Source: a virus
Direction: 5' to 3' (one strand)
IMG/VR virus record: IMGVR_UViG_3300038829_000269
Span: 64,522-128,521 of that record
DNA length: 64,000 nucleotides
The notes below the pieces were generated by a model that did not search any database, was not told the origin of the DNA, and saw only the letters and a list, made by a program, of their open reading frames with translations. Numbering within the stretch: the stretch's first letter is position 1; the number at the start of each line of letters is the position of its first letter. Made by a program: the position numbers and the translations under genes. Positions 42,849 to 52,002 of the stretch are shown here, in pieces.

Positions 42849-43963
42849 CAGCGCTTCCTCACCTTGGGCGCTCGGTTCCCTGCCAGTCGGCGTCCGAGTT
42901 TGGTCGAGCGCCATACTGGGTCTTGGCCGCCGAGCACGCGCTCCACCAACCCGTGCGACTCCATGGCCACGAGCAGGCGGGTGGCCGCGTCCGCGTCGCA
43001 ATCCAGAGCGTCGGTCACCATCTTGATTCTGAAATCGTAGCGCCGAGCGGCGCGCAGAACCTTCCTCGCGCGCATCACCCGCAGGCCGCCGATCACTGCC
43101 GGGAACTCGGGAACCACTCTCCGGCTGGTGTATTCCTTGGCCCGTGCCTGCTTAGCCTCGGCACCAAGTGGCTGGACGCTGGCCACGGTCGCCAAGTTCA
43201 TGTAGAGGTCGAGCGGGTTCACGTCGCTCAGCCCGCTCATCTGCCCGTCGTTCACCTCGATCACGATCCATCTGCCGTCGGCGGTCTCCGCCACGTCCAC
43301 AACAAAGAACTGAGCGTGGTCCGCGATCCGGTCTGCGGCCTGAAGCGCGAGCCTGATCCCGTCCTCGGTGATCGGCGCGCGTTCCTCGGTCGCGGTCCAG
43401 TAGAACCCGTAAGCCAGGTTCGTGCGCCCCCAGAAGAAGAAGCGCCACTCGTTGGCGAACGGCAGGCCGTTGAGTCCAACCTCAAGCACTCGGAGCGGGA
43501 CGTGCTCGCGGTAGATCAGGCCCTGGGGACCGATCAAGCCGTCCTGGCCCAGTTCGCTCGTGATCCGCAGCGCGTCGTCCCAGGTCGGGGCGAACATCTT
43601 CTGCTTCCACTCAAACTTCCGGCTGTTGGTCGCGCCCTTGACCACGAGCGGCACGCCGCGCTTGACCGAGGCGAGCGTGCGCCATGACCTGGGCGTCATG
43701 TCGACCAGAGTCTCATACCAGTGGAAGCCAGCGATCCACTGGTGCTGGCGCAGTGTGTTGGCGAGCCTTGAGCCCTGAACCGCGAGGTCGTGCTCCAACT
43801 CCATATAGTAGGGGAGCACGGAGTAGCGCCCGATCACCAGCTTCTTGCTGAGGCCCACGCGGCTCTCGACCACGGGCATGTGCCTGCGCGCCACCTCGAT
43901 CTCGGACTGCACCTCTCCGTTGAACTCGGGCCTGAACAGAATCACTGGCTCTAGTCGTTCCAT
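42848..43963 (-). CDS. ATP-grasp protein (DUF4343/R2K-like) with C-terminal wHTH-like extension
   Basis: VVKGATNSRK, NEWRFF, FFVVDVAETADGRWIVIEVNDGQMSG; extension ATRLLVAMESHGLVERV...WRSTKLG. Confidence 0.75.
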   Translation of the reverse strand: MERLEPVILFRPEFNGEVQSEIEVARRHMPVVESRVGLSKKLVIGRYSVLPYYMELEHDLAVQGSRLANTLRQHQWIAGFHWYETLVDMTPRSWRTLASVKRGVPLVVKGATNSRKFEWKQKMFAPTWDDALRITSELGQDGLIGPQGLIYREHVPLRVLEVGLNGLPFANEWRFFFWGRTNLAYGFYWTATEERAPITEDGIRLALQAADRIADHAQFFVVDVAETADGRWIVIEVNDGQMSGLSDVNPLDLYMNLATVASVQPLGAEAKQARAKEYTSRRVVPEFPAVIGGLRVMRARKVLRAARRYDFRIKMVTDALDCDADAATRLLVAMESHGLVERVLGGQDPVWRSTKLGRRLAGNRAPKVRKR

Positions 43964-44286
43964 ATCTCCCTCAACGTCGGCTCTTCTCTCACGATCTTCA
44001 CTGACCTGGACGCGCGCCGGGTCCGGGCATAGGCCTCGGCCCACCGGCCTCCCATGTCGAACATCTCCTGCGGGCCGGGTGCGTGGTTCATCCGGTCGAT
44101 CGCGGCGCGCAGCGTCTCGTAGCTCAGGACCTGGGCGTCAGCCGCGTCGCTCACGTTGCTCATGCCGCTGGCGAAATCTTGGGCTATCCTTGCCGCGTTC
44201 TCATCGCGCAGAGCCTCCGCGAACTCGCGCTCGCGGGCGTCCTGGTTCATTCCCTGGTAGATAATGGCGCGCTGGCTTATTTCCAT
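43951..44286 (-). CDS. Hypothetical protein with C-terminal EPTLREIWND tag
   Basis: 111 aa; TGATG coupling. Confidence 0.65.
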   Translation of the reverse strand: MEISQRAIIYQGMNQDAREREFAEALRDENAARIAQDFASGMSNVSDAADAQVLSYETLRAAIDRMNHAPGPQEMFDMGGRWAEAYARTRRASRSVKIVREEPTLREIWND

Positions 44287-44780
44287 CAGTCGGCCCACAC
44301 TTCGCGCAGCGTCGGCTCGGGCTCGTCAGGCGCCCGCATCTCGATGAGTTCGTTGACCCGGCCCTCGATCTCCATCTCGATCCAGGCCTGGAGTTCGAGC
44401 GGCGTGCCCCGCTCCATCGGGTCGTTGAGCACCGCGTTCATGCTCGCGCTGGCGTCGGCCACCAGGAGAAAGAACTCCTCGTCCGTCACCCGGTAGCGGC
44501 GCACGATCCTGCTCACGGCGAGCATCACATCCAGGCGCACGAAGTCCTCGGGCCTGCGCCCACGGTTCAGGGCGAGCAGCGCGTCCGCGTGCTGCGGGTT
44601 GTAGGGCTCGACGTGCCCCCACGAGGAGATGTCGTCGCCCACCCGGAGCACGATCGGCTCGCGGCCCGGGACCGCGTTCGCGGGCACCGTGACCGTCCGG
44701 TCGCGCGGGTCGATGATCCACCCTATCGGATGAAACGGGTTGGGCACCGGGCCCGAGAACCATAGGTCGGTGATCATCAT
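44286..44780 (-). CDS. Hypothetical protein with C-terminal EPTLREVWAD tag
   Basis: 164 aa; ATGA coupling. Confidence 0.65.
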   Translation of the reverse strand: MMITDLWFSGPVPNPFHPIGWIIDPRDRTVTVPANAVPGREPIVLRVGDDISSWGHVEPYNPQHADALLALNRGRRPEDFVRLDVMLAVSRIVRRYRVTDEEFFLLVADASASMNAVLNDPMERGTPLELQAWIEMEIEGRVNELIEMRAPDEPEPTLREVWAD

Positions 44781-44938
44781 GGGCGCCGATCAAGCTGCCT
44801 TCTGATCTCATCGCCGGTCCGCTTCAGCCACGAGGCGCGCAGCCTGAGCAGCGCAGTCGGATCGCGCTCGATCAGCGCGCGCACCATCTCCTCCTTCTCC
44901 AGGCGCTCCATCTCGCGGAACGTGATTAGTCTGCCCAT
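44777..44938 (-). CDS. Hypothetical protein, 53 aa
   Basis: MGRLITFREMERLEK...; start lies inside the upstream tag DNA. Confidence 0.5.
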   Translation of the reverse strand: MGRLITFREMERLEKEEMVRALIERDPTALLRLRASWLKRTGDEIRRQLDRRP

Positions 44939-45840
44939 ACTTCCATCAGTGTGGGCTCGCGCGTCCACTGCGCCACGGGCTCGGCCTCCGCCGCGCGCGC
45001 CGGGACCACCATGATCTGGCGCGCGCAGAGGCCGCAGCGCACCACCATGTTCCCGCGCTCGGCGGCCGAGCGGGCGCCTGCGTCGCACTGGGGGCAGGGG
45101 CGCGCGTCCTCGAAGCTCGACCTGATCCTCCAGACCCAGGGCTCACCCTCGTGGTCCAGGCCACGGCCGTAGAACCAGGTCGTCCAGTCCCCGCGATCGT
45201 AGGGCACGCTCGTGTCCACCGGCTGGTTGGTCACCGGGTTCCATGTGTAGCTCGCGCCGTTGCCCAACGAGATCACGCTGTCGTCGCTGCTCGCGCTGGT
45301 CAGAGTGAAGCTCGTGTTCATACCGTCGGCGCTGTCCAGGCGCGAGTCGATGTAATAGGAGGCGCCGTCCACGCTCACGCGCCGAGCCGGGTCCTGGCGC
45401 TGCCGCTCACGAGCCTGCTCCATCTCCGTGATCCGGCGCATCGAGTCGTTCCACGCGGGCACCGCGTCGCCCATCAGGAGGGCGGCGTCCGGCACCGGGC
45501 GCACGCGCTCCACCTCGTCGTCCGTCCCCGCGATGAACCCCTGGACATTGTGCACGTCGAGTTCGCCGCGCTGGTTCATCAGACGCAGGTGCTCGGACTC
45601 CACGATGAGCAGCGTGTTCATTGGTGGCAGGTTATGATCCGAACCGTGCGCCGTGGCCTCGACCTCGACCTCGACCGCTGAGTGGCCCGCGACGATCGCG
45701 TAGGGGAGGACCGTGCGGTAGGCGAGCAGCCCGCCGGGGCGCTGGCAGACGAGCACCGTCCCCGCGTCGATCAAGAACATGGCGGTTGGCGGCGTGACCG
45801 GGGCCGAGAGCCTGAACGTGACGAAGCCGCGCGCTCTCAT
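44926..45840 (-). CDS. Protein with baseplate-J-like N-terminal segment and C-terminal EPTLMEVWAD tag
   Basis: MRARGFVTF..LIDAGTVL..YRT..IVAGHSAVEVEVEATAHGSDHNLP; CPQC..CGLC Zn ribbon. Confidence 0.6.
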   Translation of the reverse strand: MRARGFVTFRLSAPVTPPTAMFLIDAGTVLVCQRPGGLLAYRTVLPYAIVAGHSAVEVEVEATAHGSDHNLPPMNTLLIVESEHLRLMNQRGELDVHNVQGFIAGTDDEVERVRPVPDAALLMGDAVPAWNDSMRRITEMEQARERQRQDPARRVSVDGASYYIDSRLDSADGMNTSFTLTSASSDDSVISLGNGASYTWNPVTNQPVDTSVPYDRGDWTTWFYGRGLDHEGEPWVWRIRSSFEDARPCPQCDAGARSAAERGNMVVRCGLCARQIMVVPARAAEAEPVAQWTREPTLMEVWAD

Positions 45841-46037
45841 CCGTGGATCACGGACATGGTCGTCCGCTCCTCCAGGCTCAGGCCGGTCGCGATCTCGCCG
45901 CAAGCGCAGCGCTTGTTCGTGCAGCGCGGCGCCACGATCAGCGGGGCGCTGAGCGAGAACGGGCCGGGGAGCGGCGGGCTCCATACCGGGAGGATGAACC
46001 GGTGCGCGTGCGGGAGCGCTTCGACTGGCAAGCTCAT
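45837..46037 (-). CDS. Small Cys-containing hypothetical protein, 66 aa
   Basis: ATGA coupling both ends; CTNKRCACG. Confidence 0.45.
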   Translation of the reverse strand: MSLPVEALPHAHRFILPVWSPPLPGPFSLSAPLIVAPRCTNKRCACGEIATGLSLEERTTMSVIHG

Positions 46038-46360
46038 GGGTAGGAGAACCCTCCGTCGCAGTTGCGCTCCATGACCCAGCGCGGCGGCATCTCGCCCACG
46101 AACCGGGGCTCGGACGTTCGCCACCAGTAGCCCGCGTAGAGCCAGTGCGCGAACGTCGGCATCCCGTGGGCCGAGAGCCAGATCGCGGCGCGCTGTCGCC
46201 TGCCCACGGGCCTGAACACCTGCGGCTGCCGGATGTAGTCGACCGCCCGGCGCCGGAGCGCGGCGTCGTCCTCATGCGCCAGGCGCGTGATCCCCATGTT
46301 CGCGACCAGGGCGTCAAGCGCCTGGCCCTCGGCACGCGGGTAGTTGTCAGGGCGTTCCAT
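46034..46360 (-). CDS. Protein with baseplate-J-like N-terminal motif
   Basis: AEGQALDALVANMGITRLAHEDDAALRRR. Confidence 0.55.
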   Translation of the reverse strand: MERPDNYPRAEGQALDALVANMGITRLAHEDDAALRRRAVDYIRQPQVFRPVGRRQRAAIWLSAHGMPTFAHWLYAGYWWRTSEPRFVGEMPPRWVMERNCDGGFSYP

Positions 46361-47427
46361 CAGTCTCTCCAAAGCTCCATGAGCGTGGGGTCCGCCTCAC
46401 GCTGCGGCATCTTGTCCATCCCCTCCACGATCTGCACGTTGAACCACCGGATCATGGGCTCGGTCAACCCCACGTTGTCCATGATCCGCTGCGCGCGCTC
46501 CGAGCGCTGGTCCACGATGTAGTATTCGGCGATCGCCCGGGCCAGGATCGCGTTGTCCCCGGCCGTGAGCCCCGCGAGCCTGCGCTCTACCTCGGGCGTC
46601 GGCTGCTCGACCATGTGCATGGCTGGCGCCAGGCGCTCGACCCCACCCTCCTCCATGATCCGGTGCACTTCCTCGGCGGCCTGCGCCGGGGTCAGGTTGC
46701 GCTCGCGCATCAGGTCGCGGCCCCGGCGCAGCATCATGTCCTGGATCACGCGCTGCTCGTATTGGGGCAGGGTCTCGCCCGCGCGCTGCCCGTAGTCCTG
46801 GCCGTCCACGTTCGCGATCGCGCGTAGTGGCACCCCCGCCTCGATCTGGCGCGCGTTGATCAGCGCGGCGGCCAGGCGCCTTACCTCGTCCGGCGGGATC
46901 GCGACAGTCCCAGACTCTGGTAGGGCCACCACCAGGTCGCGGATCGGGATCGCCATCTGCTGGCCGTCGATCACGTTCTGCTCCAGGTAGGCGCGGAGCA
47001 CCGGCAGGTCACCGTCCGACGTAATCTCGCGCTGGCCCCGGCGCGTGACGATCGTGACGTGCGTGGGCCGCCCCTCTGGCTCCACCGCGATGTCCATCGC
47101 CAGGCCCTGGGCGTGCTGCGACCTGGGCCTGATCGCGTCGGGGCGAGCGTGCCGCCCGGTCGCGACCATGATCAGCCGATGGCGCTCTCCCCGATCGTTC
47201 TGGATGTGGAGCGTTGGCTCCACGTCCGACACCTCGATCAGCGCGAGTTCCTGGAGCATGAGCCGCACCCGACCGGTGCTGAACTCCACCTCCTGATAGT
47301 AGGTCGACTCCAGGCCCGGATCGTCCTGGATGCGGACGTAGTGGTCGAGCGCTCGTTGCAGGACGTGGATGTCCTGGTCGATATTGCACTCGATGTTGAA
47401 CCCGCTGGTGAAGCGCAGGATGTGCAT
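46360..47427 (-). CDS. Hypothetical protein with C-terminal DPTLMELWRD tag, 355 aa
   Basis: Start MHILRF by TGATG coupling. Confidence 0.65.
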   Translation of the reverse strand: MHILRFTSGFNIECNIDQDIHVLQRALDHYVRIQDDPGLESTYYQEVEFSTGRVRLMLQELALIEVSDVEPTLHIQNDRGERHRLIMVATGRHARPDAIRPRSQHAQGLAMDIAVEPEGRPTHVTIVTRRGQREITSDGDLPVLRAYLEQNVIDGQQMAIPIRDLVVALPESGTVAIPPDEVRRLAAALINARQIEAGVPLRAIANVDGQDYGQRAGETLPQYEQRVIQDMMLRRGRDLMRERNLTPAQAAEEVHRIMEEGGVERLAPAMHMVEQPTPEVERRLAGLTAGDNAILARAIAEYYIVDQRSERAQRIMDNVGLTEPMIRWFNVQIVEGMDKMPQREADPTLMELWRD

Positions 47428-48038
47428 CAGTCGGCCCAGACCTCGGCCAGGTTCGGCTCTTCGCGCGCCGGGCGCCGTGGCCGCTCCTGATTTCGTGGCT
47501 CGTAGCCCGCGCTCTCGTCGATCACGCACTGGCGTCCGAGCACCTGCTGAATCTGGTTCCCATTCTGGTCCACGCTCAGTCGCCAGTTGATCGTCGTCGC
47601 GAAGTCCGAGCCCGTGGCCATGTCGAAAGACGAGTAGTCGGTCGACGTATAGGTGGTGGGAAGCGCGCTTGGCGTGCTGGAGAACAGCGTCCGCATCTGG
47701 TTTGGCGTCATCCCAAGAGGTTCATCGGCACCGCCCGTCGCGGGCATCGACTGGCCGACGAGCACGCGGCCCTGGTGCCAGAGGTCTTCGAGCCAGTCAG
47801 GGAGCAGCGGGCGGTCGATCACGTTCGCCGGGATGTTCCCGACCTGCCCGTTGATCTCGCACGCGCACTCGATGTTCGCGAGTTCGCCTGGGAGCAGGAT
47901 GTGCTCGCGGATCGTGCTGAACATCGGGTGGCCAGCAGAGCGATGAGCGCCGAACCTGGAGCCTGCCTCGATCACGAGAGGCGCGGCCCCGTCCGCATTG
48001 TAGTCGTAGAACACGCTGATCGAGACTTGAGCACGCAT
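47427..48038 (-). CDS. Protein with baseplate-J-like segment and C-terminal EPNLAEVWAD tag
   Basis: LVIEAGSRF..FSTIRE..IECACEINGQVGNIPANVI; TAATG coupling. Confidence 0.6.
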   Translation of the reverse strand: MRAQVSISVFYDYNADGAAPLVIEAGSRFGAHRSAGHPMFSTIREHILLPGELANIECACEINGQVGNIPANVIDRPLLPDWLEDLWHQGRVLVGQSMPATGGADEPLGMTPNQMRTLFSSTPSALPTTYTSTDYSSFDMATGSDFATTINWRLSVDQNGNQIQQVLGRQCVIDESAGYEPRNQERPRRPAREEPNLAEVWAD

Positions 48039-48271
48039 TAGTCGGCCCACACCTCGCGCAGTGTCGGCTCCTCGCGCGCGACGCGCTGAGGACGCTTCGG
48101 CTCGTCCATCAGGTCGTCGATGGTCACGCCGCTGAGGTCCACGTTCGTCGGAATGTCATTGGCGCTAACGCTCTCGAATCTGATCTCTGAGTTGTTTTGG
48201 AAGTTGTTCTGCCAGCGCACGCTCTCAGTGAACCGCTGATAGATTCCTCCCCAGTCCATCATCGTGCTCAT
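48038..48271 (-). CDS. Hypothetical protein with C-terminal EPTLREVWAD tag
   Basis: 77 aa. Confidence 0.6.
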   Translation of the reverse strand: MSTMMDWGGIYQRFTESVRWQNNFQNNSEIRFESVSANDIPTNVDLSGVTIDDLMDEPKRPQRVAREEPTLREVWAD

Positions 48272-48274
48272 GGC

Positions 48275-48622
48275 CTAGAACTTGAAGCGAGCGCGGCTCA
48301 CGGGCACCGATCCGATCTCCGCCGTGATCTCACAGATGCCGTGCTCCTGCTCCTCGTCCAGGTCCAGGAGCGTGGAGAACGTGACCTGGGGGATCGCCTT
48401 GATCCCCTTGTGGTCGGGGCTCAGCATGGCGAGCGCCAGGCTCGCGCCGATCCCCTCCGTGATCTCGCCCACGAAGATGCGCGGCATCTTGTCGCCCCGA
48501 CACCAGGCACGGACCACGTCGCCCGCCATCTCGCTGATCTGCTCAGCGCCCTGCCTGAAGATGACCAGGGCCCTGGCCTCCAGCTTCTCGCGCGTCGCCT
48601 TCTGCTCTTCGGTCTCGATCAT
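48275..48622 (-). CDS. Hypothetical protein
   Basis: 115 aa, coupled. Confidence 0.6.
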   Translation of the reverse strand: MIETEEQKATREKLEARALVIFRQGAEQISEMAGDVVRAWCRGDKMPRIFVGEITEGIGASLALAMLSPDHKGIKAIPQVTFSTLLDLDEEQEHGICEITAEIGSVPVSRARFKF

Positions 48623-48810
48623 CGTTTCTTCCTCAGGACCTCGGCCACGAGCCTGACCTCGTGATAGCGATACTCCCGCGTCAGACTCTTGAGCCCGCGC
48701 AGCTTGCGGCAGACCGACCCGTCCTTGACCGAGACCCCGACCCAGCGCCCGGCCATGTCGAAGGCGAGCCCCGTGCCCATCTCGATGCGCTTCTCGATCT
48801 TCCTGGCCAT
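48619..48810 (-). CDS. Small basic hypothetical protein
   Basis: 63 aa, coupled. Confidence 0.55.
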   Translation of the reverse strand: MARKIEKRIEMGTGLAFDMAGRWVGVSVKDGSVCRKLRGLKSLTREYRYHEVRLVAEVLRKKR

Positions 48811-48813
48811 GGC

Positions 48814-49302
48814 CTAGACCTTGTTCGCGAGCCTGACCACCGGCGTCTCGGTCAGGTCCAGCTTGTCGGCTTCGAGCTTGATCACGTTGAGCTTGGTGCT
48901 CAACTCGGGGTCAAGCGGCTTCTCCATGATCCCGTCGAGCGTCGCGGTCGGGACCATGGGCCAGATCACGTCGAGCAGCCCGCCGATCGACACCGTGGTG
49001 ATCAGCGCGCCCGCCTGCCGGATGAGGCGGCAGCCCGCAGCGTAGAGCGCGTCCCGCTCCTTAGCCTTCTTCTCCAGCGCCTTGATCCGCGCCGGGACCT
49101 CGCCGCACTTGGTGCCGGGCCAGCCGAGCGCGGCCTTCACGAAGTTGCCGCCCTGTGCGGCCTGCGCGCAGTCGATCTTCGTCACGCCGTAGGTCACGAC
49201 GTGCTCGCGGCCGTCGTGGTCGAACGCCGTGATGATCACCTGCTTCAGGCCCTGGGCCTTGGCCAAGTCCTTAGCCACTTGGATCGGGATTCGTTTGGGC
49301 AT
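48814..49302 (-). CDS. Hypothetical protein, 162 aa
   Basis: Start MPKRIPIQVAK by TGATG coupling. Confidence 0.6.
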   Translation of the reverse strand: MPKRIPIQVAKDLAKAQGLKQVIITAFDHDGREHVVTYGVTKIDCAQAAQGGNFVKAALGWPGTKCGEVPARIKALEKKAKERDALYAAGCRLIRQAGALITTVSIGGLLDVIWPMVPTATLDGIMEKPLDPELSTKLNVIKLEADKLDLTETPVVRLANKV

Positions 49303-49523
49303 CAGCGCTTCCTCCTGGCGCTCAGAGCCATGCGCGCCATGTTCACCTGCTCCTGCGCCTCCTTCTCCGTGACTCCCTTGGGCTCGTAGATCAGCATGGT
49401 CGCCGGGTATCCGCGACCGCGCTTGTGTCTCTTCATGCTCTGGAGGTTCTGGATCACGTTGGCCAGGTCCTTCTCGTTCTTGAACGCGAGGGTCATGCCC
49501 TTGCTGCTGATCAGGACCATCAT
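49302..49523 (-). CDS. Hypothetical protein
   Basis: 73 aa, coupled. Confidence 0.55.
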   Translation of the reverse strand: MMVLISSKGMTLAFKNEKDLANVIQNLQSMKRHKRGRGYPATMLIYEPKGVTEKEAQEQVNMARMALSARRKR

Positions 49524-50242
49524 GCGGCCACCGCCTCAAGCCGCTCCAGTTCGCGCTGCATCTCGATGAACCCTTCGCCGAGCGGCGAGTTGAACGCCTC
49601 CCAGGTCAGGGGCATCGCGCGCTGCATGAACTTGGCCAGCGCGTGCGAGAACTGCCGGGTCTCCCACTGCGCGTGGTTCTCCGACCTCAGCGAGATGAAG
49701 TGCATCAGCGCACGGGCGTTCACCGTCCAATACCACTCGGTGTAGAGGTTCGTGGGCAGGACCATTCGCGCCATCTCGCGGGCCACGCCGCAGTTGAGCA
49801 TCTGGCGGTAGAGGAACATGTCGCTCTCGTTCGCCACGAGCAGGGCCTTGGACAGGTCCTCGTGCATCAGGTCCGGGGTCGGGACCGAGCCCTGTTTGTT
49901 CTTCGTGTCCTGCTTGCGCCACTCCTTCGGGATGTAGAACTCCTCGGGCGCCTCGCGGTAGCGGAAGCTCGTCTCGTTGTAGCTCGACATGCGGTGCCTG
50001 ATCCACTGGCGCGCGACGAAGATCGGGAGCTTGACGTGGAACTGGAACACGGCGTGCTCGAACGGGCTGCCGTGGTTGTTCTTCAGCAGGTAGGCGATCA
50101 ACTTGCGATCGTCCTCCGGCGTCTTGGGCTCGGACTTGAAGCTGACGCGCGCGGCGCGCACCACGCTCAGGTCGCCGCCCATCTTGTCCTCCAGCCGGAC
50201 GAAGCCCTTGTCCAGCACCCCGATCAGATTCGTGTCGTTCAT
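49520..50242 (-). CDS. thyX: Flavin-dependent thymidylate synthase
   Basis: VRAARVS, HGSPFEH, ARQWIRHRMSSYNETSFRY (RHR-x7-S motif), EMARMVLP, FISLRSENHAQWE. Confidence 0.95.
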   Translation of the reverse strand: MNDTNLIGVLDKGFVRLEDKMGGDLSVVRAARVSFKSEPKTPEDDRKLIAYLLKNNHGSPFEHAVFQFHVKLPIFVARQWIRHRMSSYNETSFRYREAPEEFYIPKEWRKQDTKNKQGSVPTPDLMHEDLSKALLVANESDMFLYRQMLNCGVAREMARMVLPTNLYTEWYWTVNARALMHFISLRSENHAQWETRQFSHALAKFMQRAMPLTWEAFNSPLGEGFIEMQRELERLEAVAA

Positions 50243-50550
50243 TGCGCGGTCTCCTTGGTTTCCTTCAGCGCCCGGTCCCGGGCCACGCCCAGGATTCCGT
50301 ATCCAGCGATGTCGCCCCACGGGGTTTCGCCCAGGGCGTCCTTCTGCGTCGCGATCCTGAACAGCTTGTCGAGGACGCGGGTCACGCCCAGCATGTCCTC
50401 GTATTGGTCGGGACGCACGCCCTGCGGGTAGAGCACGCGCAGAATCTTGCCGCTCTGAGCGAAGGCGTCTCCGTAGGCCGCGTTCTTCACCTGCACGAGC
50501 TTCCCGATCTCGGTCCCGATCTCGGCGAACTCCTGACCTTTCTCAGCCAC
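50239..50550 (-). CDS. DUF1599/nucleotide-modification-associated domain 1 protein
   Basis: KNAAYGDAF...RVLDKLFRI...WGDIAGYGIL. Confidence 0.7.
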   Translation of the reverse strand: MAEKGQEFAEIGTEIGKLVQVKNAAYGDAFAQSGKILRVLYPQGVRPDQYEDMLGVTRVLDKLFRIATQKDALGETPWGDIAGYGILGVARDRALKETKETAQ

Positions 50551-50932
50551 GCTGCCTCCCTGAAATCTTGAGATACGACGTGACGCGCCAGCCCCCGTCG
50601 CGCGTCGCCAGCAGGCCGAGCCACTTCCTTAGTCCGATCGACCTTCGTAGCGCCGGGTCGAAAATCAAGTTCCGACGCTTGACCACGAAGTGGCCGACGC
50701 GCTCATCGCCCTTGACCTTGAGCACGGCGTGGTCTATCACCGGCCACAGCCGATCGCGGCGCGCGCCGGTCACGGTCCACCCGAGACTGCCCAGGGCATG
50801 GCGCACGTCCGATCCGTTCGTCAACCCGGTCTTACCCATCAGCTTCTCGATCTCGTCGATCGGCCGCTGCTCGATGATCGCGACGCACGTCTGCCCGCAG
50901 TTGTTCTGGCGGGTCTGAGGGAAGTGCCTCAT
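50543..50932 (-). CDS. Peptidase C39-like protein
   Basis: QTRQNNCGQTCVA...GHFVV...IFDPA (Q-x4-CG, H, D). Confidence 0.65.
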   Translation of the reverse strand: MRHFPQTRQNNCGQTCVAIIEQRPIDEIEKLMGKTGLTNGSDVRHALGSLGWTVTGARRDRLWPVIDHAVLKVKGDERVGHFVVKRRNLIFDPALRRSIGLRKWLGLLATRDGGWRVTSYLKISGRQRG

Positions 50933-51234
50933 GAGAGCGTGCCGACCTCCTTCGAGTATTCGAGGAACTTCTCGATCTTCACCTTCTTCGCGTCGATGTC
51001 CGGGCGCAGGGCCGCGACCAACTCGTCCATCGACGTGCCGGGCAGCGCCAGTTCGATGGCGCCGCACAGGTCCGCAACCTCGCCCAGGAGACGCGCGCGG
51101 TTGTCCTTCTCCTTGCCGGGCTCCTGACCGGGCTGGACCTCGGTCAGGCCGAAGCGCACGACCTTCGACGCGCGCTGCGCGACCTCGCCGCCCTCCTCGC
51201 CCACGATCGTGAACAGATGCTCTTGTCGGTTCAT
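50929..51234 (-). CDS. MazG-like all-alpha NTP pyrophosphohydrolase
   Basis: EEGGEVAQRASKVVRFG...LLGEVADL. Confidence 0.65.
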   Translation of the reverse strand: MNRQEHLFTIVGEEGGEVAQRASKVVRFGLTEVQPGQEPGKEKDNRARLLGEVADLCGAIELALPGTSMDELVAALRPDIDAKKVKIEKFLEYSKEVGTLS

Positions 51235-51602
51235 GTGAATAGCTCCAGTTCCCTCTTGAATGTGAAAAACTTTCCCGCGTGCACCGCGTCCACCACGTCC
51301 TGGCCCGAGTAGCCGTTCCACTTGATGGCGACGCGGAACGCGCTGACCCCGACGAGTCGGCCGCCGGTCCCCTTCTTGCAGAACGGCTGGTTGTCGACCA
51401 GGGACCAGACGCAGGTGCCAACGTCCTTGATGTGCACGTCGCCGCACCGGCAGCGGTGGACGCCCACGCGCGCGATCGTGTTGAACCCGGTGCGCTCACT
51501 GATCTCCAGCGGCTTGATCAGGTCCTTGATCTTGGCCCCGCCGACGTATCCCGAGATCAAGCCCATGCGCTGGGCGTCCGTCAAAAGTGGTCCTCGCGGC
51601 AT
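51231..51602 (-). CDS. HTH plus Zn-finger protein
   Basis: IKDLIKPLEISERTGFNTIAR; CRC..C..C. Confidence 0.5.
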   Translation of the reverse strand: MPRGPLLTDAQRMGLISGYVGGAKIKDLIKPLEISERTGFNTIARVGVHRCRCGDVHIKDVGTCVWSLVDNQPFCKKGTGGRLVGVSAFRVAIKWNGYSGQDVVDAVHAGKFFTFKRELELFT

Positions 51603-51603
51603 C

Positions 51604-52002
51604 CTATCTCCTCTTCTTCTTCCAACCCCACTGGGCTTGGCGCTTCCACGGCTGAATCGGCTTGGGCGGCGGCTCGCTCGCCTTCTTCACGGCCTCCAGG
51701 TGCTCGGCGAACGCTCTGAGGTCAGGGACTGGAGGCGGGGTGATCGCCGGGGCCCGGTCGTCGATCGTCACGACGCCCCCGTGCGCGTGGATCGCCGCGA
51801 GCAGCGCCATGGTCATGAGGTGATTGTCCCGGCTGTGCGTGACCATCACGAACTTGGGCTCGCGCGGTGCCGTCCCGTTCTCGCTCCCGTCCGAGTAGCA
51901 CTGGCCGGTCGAGGTCGGGCCGCCGCACGCCGGGCACGAGCAGCCGCAAGCGGTGCACGGGGCGGTGGCCATCGGGTCGGTGCCGTGCTTGCACTCAGCC
52001 AC
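51604..52002 (-). CDS. Cys-rich hypothetical protein
   Basis: 132 aa; CTACGCSCPACG. Confidence 0.55.
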   Translation of the reverse strand: MAECKHGTDPMATAPCTACGCSCPACGGPTSTGQCYSDGSENGTAPREPKFVMVTHSRDNHLMTMALLAAIHAHGGVVTIDDRAPAITPPPVPDLRAFAEHLEAVKKASEPPPKPIQPWKRQAQWGWKKKRR

